A stretch of DNA of 63,678 nucleotides, the filler included, from Octopus bimaculoides (taxonomy: Eukaryota): assembly GCF_001194135.2 (NCBI RefSeq). It is 5 parts of 5 records of this genome, joined end to end, with 100 filler letters (N's around TTAATTAATTAA, not from the genome) between each part and the next. Parts side by side here need not be neighbours in the genome. Positions count along the whole stretch, not along the records: positions 1 to 31,167 come from NC_068983.1; positions 31,268 to 50,958 come from NC_069006.1; 3 more parts are not named here. One strand, 5' to 3'. This document shows, one piece after another, positions 24,811 to 38,503 of the stretch. The notes beneath the pieces were generated by a model that worked only from the letters and a program-made list of their open reading frames with translations, was not told the origin of the DNA and did no database searches. Position numbers and translations under genes: made by a program. Numbering within the stretch: the stretch's first letter is position 1; every line of letters starts with the position of its first letter.

Positions 24811-25615
24811 AATAGAGTTGACGGCCCAATAGTTACTTTTAATTTCACCTGGATTCACTAAGACTGACCTCAAAGAATATGGTTAACTTATACACAATAT
24901 AGGTGCATTGTCAGAATTGTTAGAAAAGTGGACACCATGTTTTTACTATGTCTTTCGCAACTTGAATTTAAATCCCTCTAGGATAATCTTTGTCTTTTAT
25001 CTTTTTTTTTTAATTGTTATAGCGATTGTATGGACACTGAAATTGGAGAACTTGTGTTAGTGTGAGAGATCAATATGAAGCAATAAAGATATGTTTACAA
25101 AAAATATACGATCGACTGAGTTATTGAATACCGCATGTATAAACAATGTGATGTACTCGTGACCAGATAAATGCCAATATTACTGGTAAACATTAAAGCG
25201 GGAAAAATACTTAGAGGCATTATTAGCACACCGGAAAAAATGCTTAGCAGCTTTTCGTCCGTCTTCAGATTCTGAGTTCAAATGTCGCCGAGGTCAATCT
25301 TGACTTTCATCCTTAAGTACCAGATGAGTACAGGGGTTGATATAATCGACTTAACTCTTTTCCCAAATTCGTTGGGTCTGTATCAAAATTTGAAACCTAT
25401 ATTACTGATAAGCATTGGTTTCAGTAGAATCAAACGGTTAGACTAAGCCAAGAGTTGAAACAGACTCGAGACACAGCCTTTGAGGTACTCTTGAATTATA
25501 AGTCAGTAACAGATAGAAGCAGAGACTCTAAAAGAGGCGGGGAAGGTACAACGAACTAACCCCTGTAATTTCCTGAGATCACAGATACATGTTTGCGTAT
25601 ATTGAAGACAAGCGT

Positions 25616-25992
25616 GGAGGCGCAATAGCCCAGTGGTTAGGGCAGCGGACTCGCGGTCGTAGGATTGCGGTTTCGATTCCCAGACCGGACGTTGCGAGTG
25701 TTTATTGAGCGAAAACACCTAAAGCTCCACGAGGTTCTCGCTGGGGGTGGTGGCGAACCCTGTTGTACTCTTTCACCATAACTTTCTCTCACTCTTTCTT
25801 CCTGTTTCTGTTGTACCTGTATTTCAAAGGGCCAGCCTTGTCACACTGTGTCACGCTGAATCTCCCCAAGAACTACGTTAAGATTATACGTGTCTGTGGA
25901 GTGCTCAGCAGCTTGCACGCTAATTTTACGAGCATGCTGTTCCGTTGATCGGATCAACTGGAATCCTCGTCGTCGTAACCGACGGAGTGCCA
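25616..25992 (+). mobile_element. tRNA-derived SINE, family C
   Basis: A box TAGCCCAGTGG, B-box-like GGTTTCGATTCC, body ending GACGGAGTGCCA; a second copy lies at 40304. Confidence 0.85.
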
Positions 25993-27248
25993 CCTGAAGA
26001 CTAGCATTCATATAAAGGAAAAGAATCTCATCACCAGCACTAAAAAGGAGAAAATTACACTTTGCAACCTCAGAAATAATTCCTACCAATTTGTCCTTGA
26101 TGAAAGATCATGTATACATTCATGATAGAAAGTTGTCAAATTAAAATTCAGACTCTACTCATGTGCTGGGCCATTTTCAATGAATATTACCTGCTGCTAT
26201 TAAGTTATTTTAAAAACATTAACCTCAAATGATATTTCTATTCATTCATTACTTTCAGTCACTGGACTGCAGCCAACCTGGTGCAGAGTTTCTAGTGATT
26301 TACTCAAATATTCTTGTCCTAGTACTTGGTTCAGAATTTATTATGTGTAATTTAACCATATTCTTTGGGAGTCAATTATGTTCCATCTGGATATTCAAAA
26401 AATTTCCTGGCATGTACATATATAGAAGCAAAAACTCGCTCATAATTTTCACAACCTCAACATTCATATATATGCGTGTATATGTGTGTATGTATTTGCA
26501 TGTATGTGCATGTATGTATGTATACACGCTCTCTCACACACATACACACACATACACATAGGGTAGGGTCTCACATATGTAATACGGTTTGTTGAAAAGC
26601 TCATTACATATGTGAGATTCAATGGTATGTCTATGTAATAAGTAGAACACTTCTTTAACGTACTTTCGGCTATTTTGATACATATATATGTACGTGTGCG
26701 TGTGTGTGTGTGTGTGTGTATGTGTGTGTCTGTATCTATCTGTGTGTGTTAGCGCGTGTGTGCGCGCGCTCATGTGTATGTATGTATGCATGCATGTATG
26801 TATGTATGTATGTATGTATCGCGGAGACGGCGAATAAGTTGGTAGATAATTTATTGAAAGAAATATAATCTACACCTGTTGATTAGATTTTATGTAAAAA
26901 AAAAAATGAAAAAGTATGTAACTTGCTATTAGTTCAGATACTACCTTTACTCTTGTAACAAAAACAAATGAAAAAGAAAAAAGTAAAAAGGTGTGGTTAT
27001 TGTTTTGGCCTCATTCGGTTCATGAGAGCAGAAATCAATTATCTAGAATATTCCATTAATTTTCAGTCAATTCATATTGATTTAACCATAATTTCCTTTC
27101 AATTTTCCTCAATAGTGGTTTTTAGTTCAACAAGCTATACACTATTCACCTAATATTTCTACAACGTCGTAGTTGTTTTCTAGACCCCGTTCAATCTAAA
27201 ATTGTAGGAATCAATTATTTGGAACACTATCTACATTTATTTTCACTT

Positions 27249-27288
<40 letters not shown>

Positions 27289-27619
27289 ATACATATATAT
27301 ATATATAATATAATATAATATAATATATATATAATATAATATATATATTCATATATATACAAAGTGAAAATAAATGCATGTGTGTGTGTGTATGCATTAT
27401 GTGTGCGTGTGCGCATTTATACACAATACGTATACATATATATATATGTATATGTTTTATACCCTCTCAAGCTCGCACCCAATTTGTTTCTCTTTAAAAT
27501 ATTCATAACTATTTAGGTGTTTTATTTAATATTCAGATTATTTAGCAGAAGCTGAGTTATAAAATGCCTCCCCAATAGAAAAAAACTTGCTTTTTCAGTT
27601 TATTATTATTATCCTTATT

Positions 27620-27685
<66 letters not shown>

Positions 27686-27889
27686 GTTGTTGTTGTTGTT
27701 ACATGTTTTTACCGTTCTATCGAGCGTAGTTCTGTGCAGTTTGTTCTATTTGCTATTGTTTTCAGAGTATTCTCTGCAATATATGGGAATTACCTAGTAG
27801 TGCAATTTTACGTATGATATACATAGCTGTAAATCCTGGGGCTTGGGTTATGAATTCTCGATACAACTCCTATTNNNNNNNNNNTGTAT

Positions 27890-28085
27890 AATAGTAAATC
27901 CCCAAAAACGAAGAACAAACACAAAAGAAAACAACAACGCAAGGAGGTGGTACATATAAAGTATTAGCAGACGCTCTGGGAAGGAAAGAAAGGTGATTTT
28001 TACATTTGAAAGCAAAGCTCTTCTTCAGAAACAGGAGACAGATGAAAGTCCAATAAAGAAGGAAGACGGAGGGAAAAAATCGCCA
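27890..28085 (-). mobile_element. Penelope-like terminal fragment
   Basis: Minus strand TTT-CTGAAGA-AAGAGC-ttt-GCTTTCAAATGTA-AAA, a decayed hammerhead-like motif. Confidence 0.4.
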
Positions 28086-28124
28086 ACGACTCAGATGTGG
28101 TATTTATGATTTTGAAAATCATAA

Positions 28125-28178
<54 letters not shown>

Positions 28179-28184
28179 GGGTAA

Positions 28185-28620
28185 TTTATTCGTTTATTTT
28201 AAACTTATATTATCATCTCTTGGGGCTGATACCTGGATTAGGGTTGCACTTTCTTCCCTGTTAGTATTTCATAGTGCCGATATAACCTCCGGTGTATGGA
28301 AACCTCATTTCTGTCATATTTGGGAATGCATTCTTTATTGACTAACACTTGGAAGCTAAACATAATGTGATTGTTGCTCCATCTCCATATATACAGCAGT
28401 TAATATAATCTGCTTCATTATTTGCTTCTGGTAGTTTCTTGTGGGAAGTCTTTGATCTTCTGCGGCAATCAAGAATCCTTCACTCTCAGCTTTAATCTTG
28501 CACTTCTCATCCACAGTTACGAATTTTCTTTTCTATCTTACTCTATTCGTTTTATTTTCACTTCAGTGTTGAGACTGTTCGCAATCCTCATATCTACTTT
28601 GTCTTTGATAACCTCTTTGA
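28185..28620 (-). mobile_element. R4/Dong-like (restriction-like endonuclease) non-LTR retrotransposon fragment
   Basis: Minus-strand translation IKAESEGFLIAAEDQRLPTRNYQKQIMK resembles ETEGFIIAAQDQxLxTRNY; decayed VSAPRDDNI endonuclease remnant follows. Confidence 0.65.
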
Positions 28621-29453
28621 AGACAGAAAACAGTTATTTGTATTTTCCGTGTTTTGTAGTTTTCTGTATTAGTTGTCTATTAATGCTTTACTTTACTTAA
28701 TATTTTTGTAGCCATAAAGCGTATAATTTATTGTAGATTTCTAGTTGCATTAGGTATTAGGCACCTATCTTCCTGCATTCACAGTAAACATCATCTTTGT
28801 AAGTCAGATTTTGGGTGCTGTATTCTAAATGAAGGCTCTGTAGAAGTGAAACTGTTTCCCCCACTAGTCTCACATTATAGATTTCGTTTGGCTCTTAGAC
28901 ATTACAGCAATTGTTAAATTAGTGAAGTTGTCGTGGAGAGTGGGTATCGATCGTTCGATGAACACGTACAGGTTGTTAGTGACCATGGATACAGAATGCT
29001 GCAGTTGGCAATGAATTATCCTAATCAATATAACCGTAGTTATTATTAACTATCCATCAGAGATGGCCGGCTGTCGTTTGTTTATTTATTTGTTGATCTA
29101 AAGAAAAAAGACATTGCCCGGGAGAGAGATGTAGCGGTGAGGTTAATACAGTTTCTGTTTCAGTCTGAAAAGTCATTATTCAGCACCGTGTAGACTTATG
29201 ATCAAAGGCGTTTCGACCGTGACCAACCCGTATGTTTTCTACACTATATTATCAAATAGATATTCTTCTGCCTTTAAGTCAGTAGAATTTGATTTGAAAG
29301 AGATTTGTCTGTTATTTTTAAATACTCGAGGAATCACGTCGATGTTTCCCTCTCGGCCCGTTTTGACAGTTTAAGAGGAAAACACAAACAAGAAGACGTC
29401 TCTACTTGGATGTCATCAAAGGAAAATTAGTGAAGCGATTAGCAGAGACAAAG

Positions 29454-29541
<88 letters not shown>

Positions 29542-30491
29542 TCAGAAAGAAGTGTATACATTTATAAAGCGAGAGAAAAATGTATGTTATTGAAAAGTTT
29601 TGTTGGAATATTTTCTATAGTTTCCTGATAACCAAAAATTGATTAATCTGGACAAGATAGGGAGCCAAAGTTTCTGCGGAAGTGGGCATGTATAATCTAC
29701 TGAATTATGTCCAGCATATTACAAAAATATACTCCATCGATTTCTGTCGGATGAAAGGTAAAAATCGACAATGTAATGATTTGAATTTGGAATCAAGCAG
29801 GTATTTTCATTCGTGTCAAAAATTTCAGCCAACTCCATGCCTTTCTTATAACAACTCATAACGAACAATTTCAATTTACTGTTGTAAAAACCTTTCTAGT
29901 TTTTTTTTCACTTTGGCAATACATTTTCAGAAAGGCATAAACACCTCATAATCATATTTACCCCAACTTTTAGCATAAATCTGTGGTCTTTTGCCGATGG
30001 TAGAAATCAATATAATATGTAACATACGGTGATGTTTAACGGGCTTAAAACCAATTGTGCATGTGCATTCATGCATTTATTATTGATTTCAATATGTTTC
30101 CTATTGAACATTGCATGTTATTGAAAGAATTTATCAACCATGCATTGCTTCATTTGCTTTTTGGTTTGTTTCAAAATATTCTGTGTGATTTGTTTGATTT
30201 TTTAAAAATATATGTGGGTGTATATATGTAATATTTTCATTTGTTTTCTTGTTTTTGTTAGAAACGGTTATTTCATTTGGTTATCTTTTCCGGATGATTT
30301 CGCTCTGTATTTATAAAAGCCTTTGACTCTTTGTAAACTTACAATGTGTGTGATCAAAGCTATGGCATCAGACATTATCTGTATGTGAGCCTCTATGTGT
30401 ATACACATGTATGCATACACAGACACACTCATGCATGCGCACATACACTAATATAATCAGGCGTAAATATTCATCAACTCCTTTCATACTT

Positions 30492-30548
<57 letters not shown>

Positions 30549-30729
30549 NNNNNNNNNNNNNNNNNNNNNNNNNNNNNNNNNNNNNNNNNNNNNNNNNNNN
30601 NNNNNNNNNNNNNNNNNNNNNNNNNNNNNNNNNNNNNNNNNNNNNNNNNNNNNNNNNNNNNNNNNNNNNNNNNNNNNNNNNNNNNNNNNNNNNNNNNNNN
30701 NNNNNNNNNNNNNNNNNNNNNNNNNNNNN

Positions 30730-30773
<44 letters not shown>

Positions 30774-31167
30774 GCATACACACGCACACACACACATATG
30801 TGTGTGTGTGTGTGTGCGTGTATGTATGTACGTGTGTATGTATGTACGTGTGTATGTATGTAAGTATATTCACTATCTATCCCTCTATCTATCTCTCCAC
30901 CTGGTCATGTATGTTTATTATGTATACTCACAAAAAAAACAGATATCTATATCTAAATATATACATACAGACAGACACAGATATATATACACACATACGA
31001 ATGTATGTATATGAATATGTATTTATATACATGTATGTCACACACACACACCCATATATATATGTGTGTGTCTTTGTGTGTGTATGTATGTTTGTATGCA
31101 TGTATGTATAAATATCGAGCTATCAGTTTGTTAATCCAATTTTCTGTTTTTCGCTTTCTCTCTCTCT

Positions 31168-31267
31168 NNNNNNNNNNNNNNNNNNNNNNNNNNNNNNNNN
31201 NNNNNNNNNNNTTAATTAATTAANNNNNNNNNNNNNNNNNNNNNNNNNNNNNNNNNNNNNNNNNNNN
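31168..31267. other. Assembly spacer N44-TTAATTAATTAA-N44
   Basis: Exactly 100 bp with a six-frame stop linker at 31212-31223. Confidence 0.95.
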
Positions 31268-31569
31268 TATATATAAGGTAACACACTTAGTCATGTTAAC
31301 AAAGGGATGTGGGTTCGACTTCCACGTGGATAGGAAAGCCTTCTTTTTTCTGTCCAGGGCTTATATGCCCCTTTATTAGACTATTTTCCTTAGTCATTGC
31401 ATGGTGATTGCCTTAAGTTTTAAGCTTATAAAAGAATACCATTATTATTATTGACAGGATTGTAAAAACGGTGCTGCATAAAAAAACCATTCACACTAAA
31501 ATATATATTATATTGTACAATAAACATATAATCTTCATTCTTTTTTCTTTTTTAAACTCGCAAGGTACT

Positions 31570-32490
31570 TGGTGAACTCACCAGTGCCAGAGTCATGAAA
31601 GTAGCACCCAGTACACTCTGTAAAGTGCCTGGTGTCAGGAAGGGCCTCCAGTCATAAAAACCATACAAAGCTGACAGAACTTGCTGGATTCTGTCAAATC
31701 ATCCAAACCATCCCAGCATATAAAACAGACATTAAATAACAATGGTATTGGCTTTCTTTTGCTTTGCACTCCACAAGATTACCCCACCAGTACTTGCACT
31801 ACAAAAGAAAAAAAGTGCCTTGTACACTTTGTGAGGAATACACTAAATTGAGTTGTAACAATGAAGTGCTTTGTAAGACTCTTTAGTGTAGCTGATGGCA
31901 AGGTAACTTCTATGATGCTGGTGCCATGAAAAATAATGCACCCAGTACATTATGTGAAGAGGCTGGTGTTAGGAAGAGCATCCAGCCATAGGAACTATAT
32001 TGAAGCTGACTTTGGTGATCAGTGTCACCTTGTGGCTTGCTGGGTTGTATCAAACTGTGAAATCCATGCCAGCATAGAAAACAGACATTAAATGATGGTG
32101 ATGATGATGATGATGGTAATGATGATGATAGTGATGATGATGATGATGATGATGATGATCATGATGATCATGATGTCAAATCAAATTGAGTCATAGCAGT
32201 GTAGAGCTTTAGAAGACTTTCTAGGGTAGCTAATGGCAAGGTAACTTCCATGATGCTGGTGCCATGAAAAATAACACACCCAGTACACCATGTGAAGTGG
32301 TTGGTGTTAAAAAGAGCATCCAGCCATAGGAACCATGTCAAAGCTGACACATTGGTGTAAGGTTTGGCCTTCTAACCTGCTGAATTTTGTCGAATCAACC
32401 AGCCAATCCCATCATGGAAAACAGACATATGATGTTGATGATGATGATGATGATGACGATGATGATGATGATGATGATGACGATGATATT
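31570..32490 (+). mobile_element. Three RTE LINE 3'-tail fragments, the last two forming a tandem duplication
   Basis: GGTGTTAGGAAGAGCATCCAGC...CATGCCAGCAT...ACATTAAATGATGATG tails; shared 5' junction at ~31865 and ~32200. Confidence 0.75.
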
Positions 32491-33058
32491 GATCAATATT
32501 TTGAAGAAAGATACAAAGATATTTTATACCATTTTAAACCATCCAAAATAATGGGTGCGGTCAAACAGCCACCTGATGCAACCTACTTTAGTAATGGACA
32601 CATTCAATATTTTATTTCCTATAAAAAGAGAAACAGGGTGTGGCATTTCTGATCGTTAATGCTATCAAAGGTAAGATAATTGTGAAACAATTCACAGGAA
32701 GGTTACAGGTGGTTGAAATTGTCAGGTGTTGGACTCACAGCCAAGAGTCAATCATTTTGTCATATTTCGTCACTTCTGATGTTCTTTGTCCATGGTAGAT
32801 GAAGACAACTATTATAGCACCGTATTACCATATTACCTGCTTGACTATAAATGCATCTTAGAAACAGTTCATTGGTTTAAGCAAGGTGTGTTGTTGACTC
32901 TAGACAAGTCTGTCATGCTTCCTAAGACTCATAAGGAAGGGGCTTCACCCAGTTTCCATGGCATATGAGTTACTGAGATGACAACATTCCTTCTGAATAG
33001 GACATTAGTCCAATGCTGTGTCCAAGGCCAACTATTTTGAGGGGAGAGGGGAAAAAAG

Positions 33059-33097
<39 letters not shown>

Positions 33098-33459
33098 AGG
33101 GATGACCACTAAGTGGACATCCATTATGCTAGAAGAAGACCACCTACGGTCTGACCACTAAGAAAAGATTGCTCTCAAGAAATTCAGCAAACACCAGAAC
33201 GTAAGCGAGCAAGACAAATGAAAAGATACAAGATATAAAAATTAATCACAAACCTGGTTTCGTTGTTACCACTTACGTAAATATCTGCACCTCTTCAGTG
33301 TGATCATCATAGCAATATAATTTGCAGAACTGAATCTTCAGATTTTTCAATTTGCTAGGCCACTGGTTTTAAATTGATATTAATCAAATTAATATTCAAG
33401 TTTTCATCCTTATTGTTTAAATTTATATATATATATAGTTGAAATTTATAGAAAAAGAA

Positions 33460-33610
33460 AAGACGAAGACAGGTGTATAAACAACAAGCCAAGCAGGTGT
33501 ATTAGTTTGACACTTGGGTAAGTGAGAAAGTCTTTTATGTTTCGAGCCTATGCTCTTCAACAGAAAGCAATATGAGGAAATAAACAGAGAGAAAATTAAA
33601 TAACTTGTGG
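33460..33610 (-). mobile_element. Penelope-like terminal fragment with minimal hammerhead-like motif
   Basis: Minus strand CTTT-CTGTTGA-A-GAGC-atag-GCTC-GAAACATA-AAAG; same family as 23.8 kb. Confidence 0.55.
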
Positions 33611-33654
33611 ATTTAGTGATCAATTATATGCTGATGCTGGTCTCACAGCACTAG

Positions 33655-33850
33655 CAACTGTGCTGGTGGCATGTACAAGCACTCATTACACTCTCGGAGT
33701 GGTTGGCATTAGGAAGGGCATCCAGCTGTAAAAGCCATGCCAAGTCAGACTGGAATCTGGTGTAGACCCTCAGCTTACCAGCCCTGGTCAAACCGTCCAA
33801 CTCATGCCAGCATGGACAACAGACGTTAAACGATAATGATGATGATGATA
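33655..33850 (+). mobile_element. RTE LINE 3' tail
   Basis: GGTTGGCATTAGGAAGGGCATCCAGCTGTA...CCGTCCAACTCATGCCAGCATGG...GTTAAACGAT(GAT)n. Confidence 0.8.
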
Positions 33851-33905
33851 TATATATATATATGTATATATATTCAAATAATAATAAGACAAAGATATTC
33901 ATTAA

Positions 33906-34125
33906 CCTTTTAGCATTGAGGTTTCTTTGTCAAATGTAATGCTTATTAACCCATATTGCTTTGAATTAATCATACATTATCTAGTGGCTTCAAGATTTCA
34001 ATGGTGTGCTGGTATATTTTTAAAATGACATTGTAGGGTAGGTAAGAAAGGCTGGATCTGGACAGTTTGAAGATAAAGCAGGTCAAATATTTGGGCTAGA
34101 TATGGCTGGATTAAATGCTGAAGAG
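33906..34125. mobile_element. piggyBac-type MITE (220 bp)
   Basis: TTAA on both sides (33902-05 and 34126-29); imperfect TIRs CCTTTTAGCATT / AATGCTGAAGAG. Confidence 0.7.
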
Positions 34126-34609
34126 TTAACACATCTTTAATGATTCATTACAATTGTTTCTGTACTAACACTGCTTGCAATGTCAGTTTATGTAATATTC
34201 AAAGAGAAAATTGATGTAATATTTGTGGTTTTAGACATTAGTGCCACTTCATCAGACTCTTACATTGTGTGTCTTTTTATTTGGATTTGTCATCATCATC
34301 ATCATCATCATCACAATCATCATCATTACCATCATCATCATCACCATCATTTAATGTCTGTTTTCTATGCTGGCATGGATTTCACAGTTTGATACAACTC
34401 GGCAAGTCACAAGGTGACACTGATCACCAAGGCCAGCTTCAATAGAGTTCCTACGGCTGGATGCTCTTCCTAACACCAGCATCTTCACATAATGTGGAGT
34501 GCTCAGCGTGTTCATTTTATGAGCAAGCTGATCTGTTGATCAGATCAACGGGAACCCTCATCGTCATAACCGATGGAGTGCCACTGAAAAAATATTTATA
34601 TATATATAT

Positions 34610-35075
34610 TCTTTTACTTGTTTCAGTCATTTGACTGTGGCCATGCTGGAGCACTGCCTTTAGTCGAACAAATCGACCCCGGGACTTATTCTTTGTTAGC
34701 CTAGTACTTATTCTATCGGTGTCTCTTGCCAAACCGTTAAGTTACAGGGACGTAAACACACCAGCATCGGTTGTCAAGCGATGGTNNNNNNNNNNAGTAC
34801 TTATTCTATCGGTGTCTCTTGCCAAACCGTTAAGTTACAGGGACGTAAACACACCAGCATTGGTTGTCAAGCGATGGTGGCAGGGGTGGGGTGGGAGACA
34901 AGCACAGGCACACAAACATATATACGATGGGCTTCTTTCAGTTTCCATCTACCAGATCCACTCACAAGGCTTTGGTTGGCCTGAGGCTGTGGTAGAGGAC
35001 ACTCGCCCAAGATACCACACAGGGGGACTGAACTCGAAACCATGTGGTTGGGAAGCAAGCTTCTTACCACACAGC
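34610..35075 (-). mobile_element. SINE family B
   Basis: Full head-to-tail reverse complement, with an assembly-duplicated segment around the small gap at 34786. Confidence 0.8.
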
Positions 35076-36505
35076 CACCCCTGCACCTACATGTATGTCT
35101 AATGACTAAAATAAGTAAAACATACAGGCAATATACACTCATTTAACATGCCTTCTTTCCATGCTGGTATGGGTTGGACAGTTTGTCAGGAACAGACTAG
35201 CCAGAGGGCTGAACCACCCTCATTATCATCACCTCTACCATTATCGCCACTATCAACATTATCATCATCTATATCACCTTCGCTGCCACTGCTGCCATCA
35301 TAATCAGCATCAACATCATCAGTGTCATCATCATTGTTGTCACTATCATCATCGCCACCATCACCACCATCACCATGATGATCATCATCATTACCAGCAT
35401 CATTATTGAATTTCCTGCTCCTCTGTTTACAAATTACTGTTACTGCTGCTGTGGCTGTTGTTGTTGTTGTGGTAGTGGTGGTGATGATGGTTTTTTGTTT
35501 GTTTGTTTGTTTTGTCATCGTTTAAGCCCAGGTCAGCTCAGACTGAGCAGAAATATGATCCAAAAAAAAAATCCCCATTCCAGCAACAACCCCCTCCATC
35601 GACCCCTNNNNNNNNNNNNNNNNNNNNNNNNNNNNNNNNNNNNNNNNNNNNNNNNNNNNNNNNNNNNNNNNNNNNNNNNNNNNNNNNNNNNNNNNNNNNN
35701 NNNNNNNNNNNNNNNNNNNNNNNNNNNNNNNNNNNNNNNNNNNNNNNNNNNNNNNNNNNNNNNNNNNNNNNNNNNNNNNNNNNNNNNNNNNNNNNNNNNN
35801 NNNNNNNNNNNNNNNNNNNNNNNNNNNNNNNNNNNNNNNNNNNNNNNNNNNNNNNNNNNNNNNNNNNNNNNNNNNNNNNNNNNNNNNNNNNNNNNNNNNN
35901 NNNNNNNNNNNNNNNNNNNNNNNNNNNNNNNNNNNNNNNNNNNNNNNNNNNNNNNNNNNNNNNNNNNNNNNNNNNNNNNNNNNNNNNNNNNNNNNNNNNN
36001 NNNNNNNNNNNNNNNNNNNNNNNNNNNNNNNNNNNNNNNNNNNNNNNNNNNNNNNNNNNNNNNNNNNNNNNNNNNNNNNNNNNNNNNNNNNNNNNNNNNN
36101 NNNNNNNNNNNNNNNNNNNNNNNNNNNNNNNNNNNNNNNNNNNNNNNNNNNNNNNNNNNNNNNNNNNNNNNNNNNNNNNNNNNNNNNNNNNNNNNNNNNN
36201 NNNNNNNNNNNNNNNNNNNNNNNNNNNNNNNNNNNNNNNNNNNNNNNNNNNNNNNNNNNNNNNNNNNNNNNNNNNNNNNNNNNNNNNNNNNNNNNNNNNN
36301 NNNNNNNNNNNNNNNNNNNNNNNNNNNNNNNNNNNNNNNNNNNNNNNNNNNNNNNNNNNNNNNNNNNNNNNNNNNNNNNNNNNNNNNNNNNNNNNNNNNN
36401 NNNNNNNNNNNNNNNNNNNNNNNNNNNNNNNNNNNTATCTGTCTCTCTCTCTTTCTCTTTGTCTGTCTGTCTGTCAGTTTGTCTCTCTTTCTGTCTGTTT
36501 TTCTG

Positions 36506-36570
<65 letters not shown>

Positions 36571-36671
36571 TTGTCTGTCTGCTTGTCTGTCTCTCTATCT
36601 GTCTATCTGTCTTTCTGTTTGTCTATCTGTCTATCTATCTGTCTGTCTGTCTTTCTGTCTGTCTATGTCTT

Positions 36672-36718
<47 letters not shown>

Positions 36719-37204
36719 GTCTGTCTGTCTATCTATCTATTTGTCTGTCTATTTGTCTGTCTCTCTATCTGTCTATCTTTCTTTCTCTCTTTCTGTTGGT
36801 CTATCTCTCTATCTGCCTATCTATCAATCTGTCTGTCAGTTTGTCTGTCTATCTATCTATCTATCTATCTATTGTCTTTCTGTCCCTCTCTCTCTCTCTC
36901 TATCTACCTATCTCTCTTTCTCTCCATCCATCCATCCATCTATCCATCCATCCATCCTTCTACCTATCTTTCTTTCTTTCTTTCTTTCTTTCTGTCTGTC
37001 TGTCTATCCATCCATCCAACCATCCATCTATCTTTTACTTGTTTCAGCCATTGAACGGTGGCCATGCTGGTGCACTGAGGATTTAGTCAAACAAATCAAT
37101 CCCACTTTTGCTGTTTTTAAAGTCTCTTGCTTATTCTGTCAATCTCTTTTGCCAAACTGCTAAGTTACAGAAGTGTAAACAAACCAACACCAATTCTCTC
37201 TCTC

Positions 37205-37283
<79 letters not shown>

Positions 37284-38239
37284 CACACACACACAAATCT
37301 AGATTAGTGGTTTGGTCATTTGGTTGAAAATAAGGTCATGAGTTTGATTCCCAGTGGCACATTATGTCCTTGAGCAAGACACTTTATTTCACATTGCTCC
37401 TGTCTATTAGAGCTGGCAGAAATAATTAGTATGTGTATTTCAAAAAGAGCCATCCTTGTCCTGTTCTGTGCAATACTGAATCTCCCTGAGAACTACATTA
37501 AGGGTACACACGTGCCTGTGGAGTACTCGGCCACTTGCATGTTAATTTCACGAGCAGCCTGTTCTGTGTTGATCAGATCTAATGGAATCCTCATCATCAT
37601 AACAGAGTACCAGCTATGCATGTGTATATATATATATATATATATACACACACATATATATATGTACATATACATATATATATTTATATATATATANNNN
37701 NNNNNNNNNNNNNNNNNNNNNNNNNNNNNNNNNNNNNNNNNNNNNNNNNNNNNNNNNNNNNNNNNNNNNNNNNNNNNNNNNNNNNNNNNNNNNNNNNNNN
37801 NNNNNNNNNNNNNNNNNNNNNNNNNNNNNNNNNNNNNNNNNNNNNNNNNNNNNNNNNNNNNNNNNNNNNNNNNNNNNNNNNNNNNNNNNNNNNNNNNNNN
37901 NNNNNNNNNNNNNNNNNNNNNNNNNNNNNNNNNNNNNNNNNNNNNNNNNNNNNNNNNNNNNNNNNNNNNNNNNNNNNNNNNNNNNNNNNNNNNNNNNNNN
38001 NNNNNNNNNNNNNNNNNNNNNNNNNNNNNNNNNNNNNNNNNNNNNNNNNNNNNNNNNNNNNNNNNNNNNNNNNNNNNNNNNNNNNNNNNNNNNNNNNNNN
38101 NNNNNNNNNNNNNNNNNNNNNNNNNNNNNNNNNNNNNNNNNNNNNNNNNNNNNNNNNNNNNNNNNNNNNNNNNNNNNNNNNNNNNNNNNNNNNNNNNNNN
38201 NNNNNNNNNNNNNNNNNNNNNNNNNNNNNNNNNNNNNNN

Positions 38240-38503
38240 ACAGATATATTTACTAAAATTACAATAAAATATCTTGAAATACAAAAGAGTAAATTCATTC
38301 AATAAAATCGCCATTGGCTTCAACCATGGCCTCCAGACGACTTCGGATCTTCTGGACAGTCTCCTTGTTTAAGTTGGTGAATGCTGCCATAATCCTTGCC
38401 TTCAGTTCGTCTTTGGTGTTAGAAGGAGTTCTGTTGGTCTCTCACCCAACTGCACCCCACACATGATAATCAAGGGGGTTGCAGTCTGGGGAGTTAGGTG
38501 GCC
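38240..38503 (-). mobile_element. DD37D/maT-like Tc1-mariner transposase C-terminal fragment
   Basis: WPPNSPDCNPLDY...NTKDELKARIMAAFTNLNKETVQK...RLEAMVEANGDFIE. Confidence 0.8.

Noticed and set aside
25616-25695. tRNA-like A and B boxes as a tRNA gene
   Set aside because: No acceptor stem or cloverleaf; the sequence continues into the SINE body seen again at 40304.
31212-31223. TTAATTAATTAA as a biological palindrome or PacI site
   Set aside because: It sits inside N runs with identical geometry four times, so it is an assembly linker.
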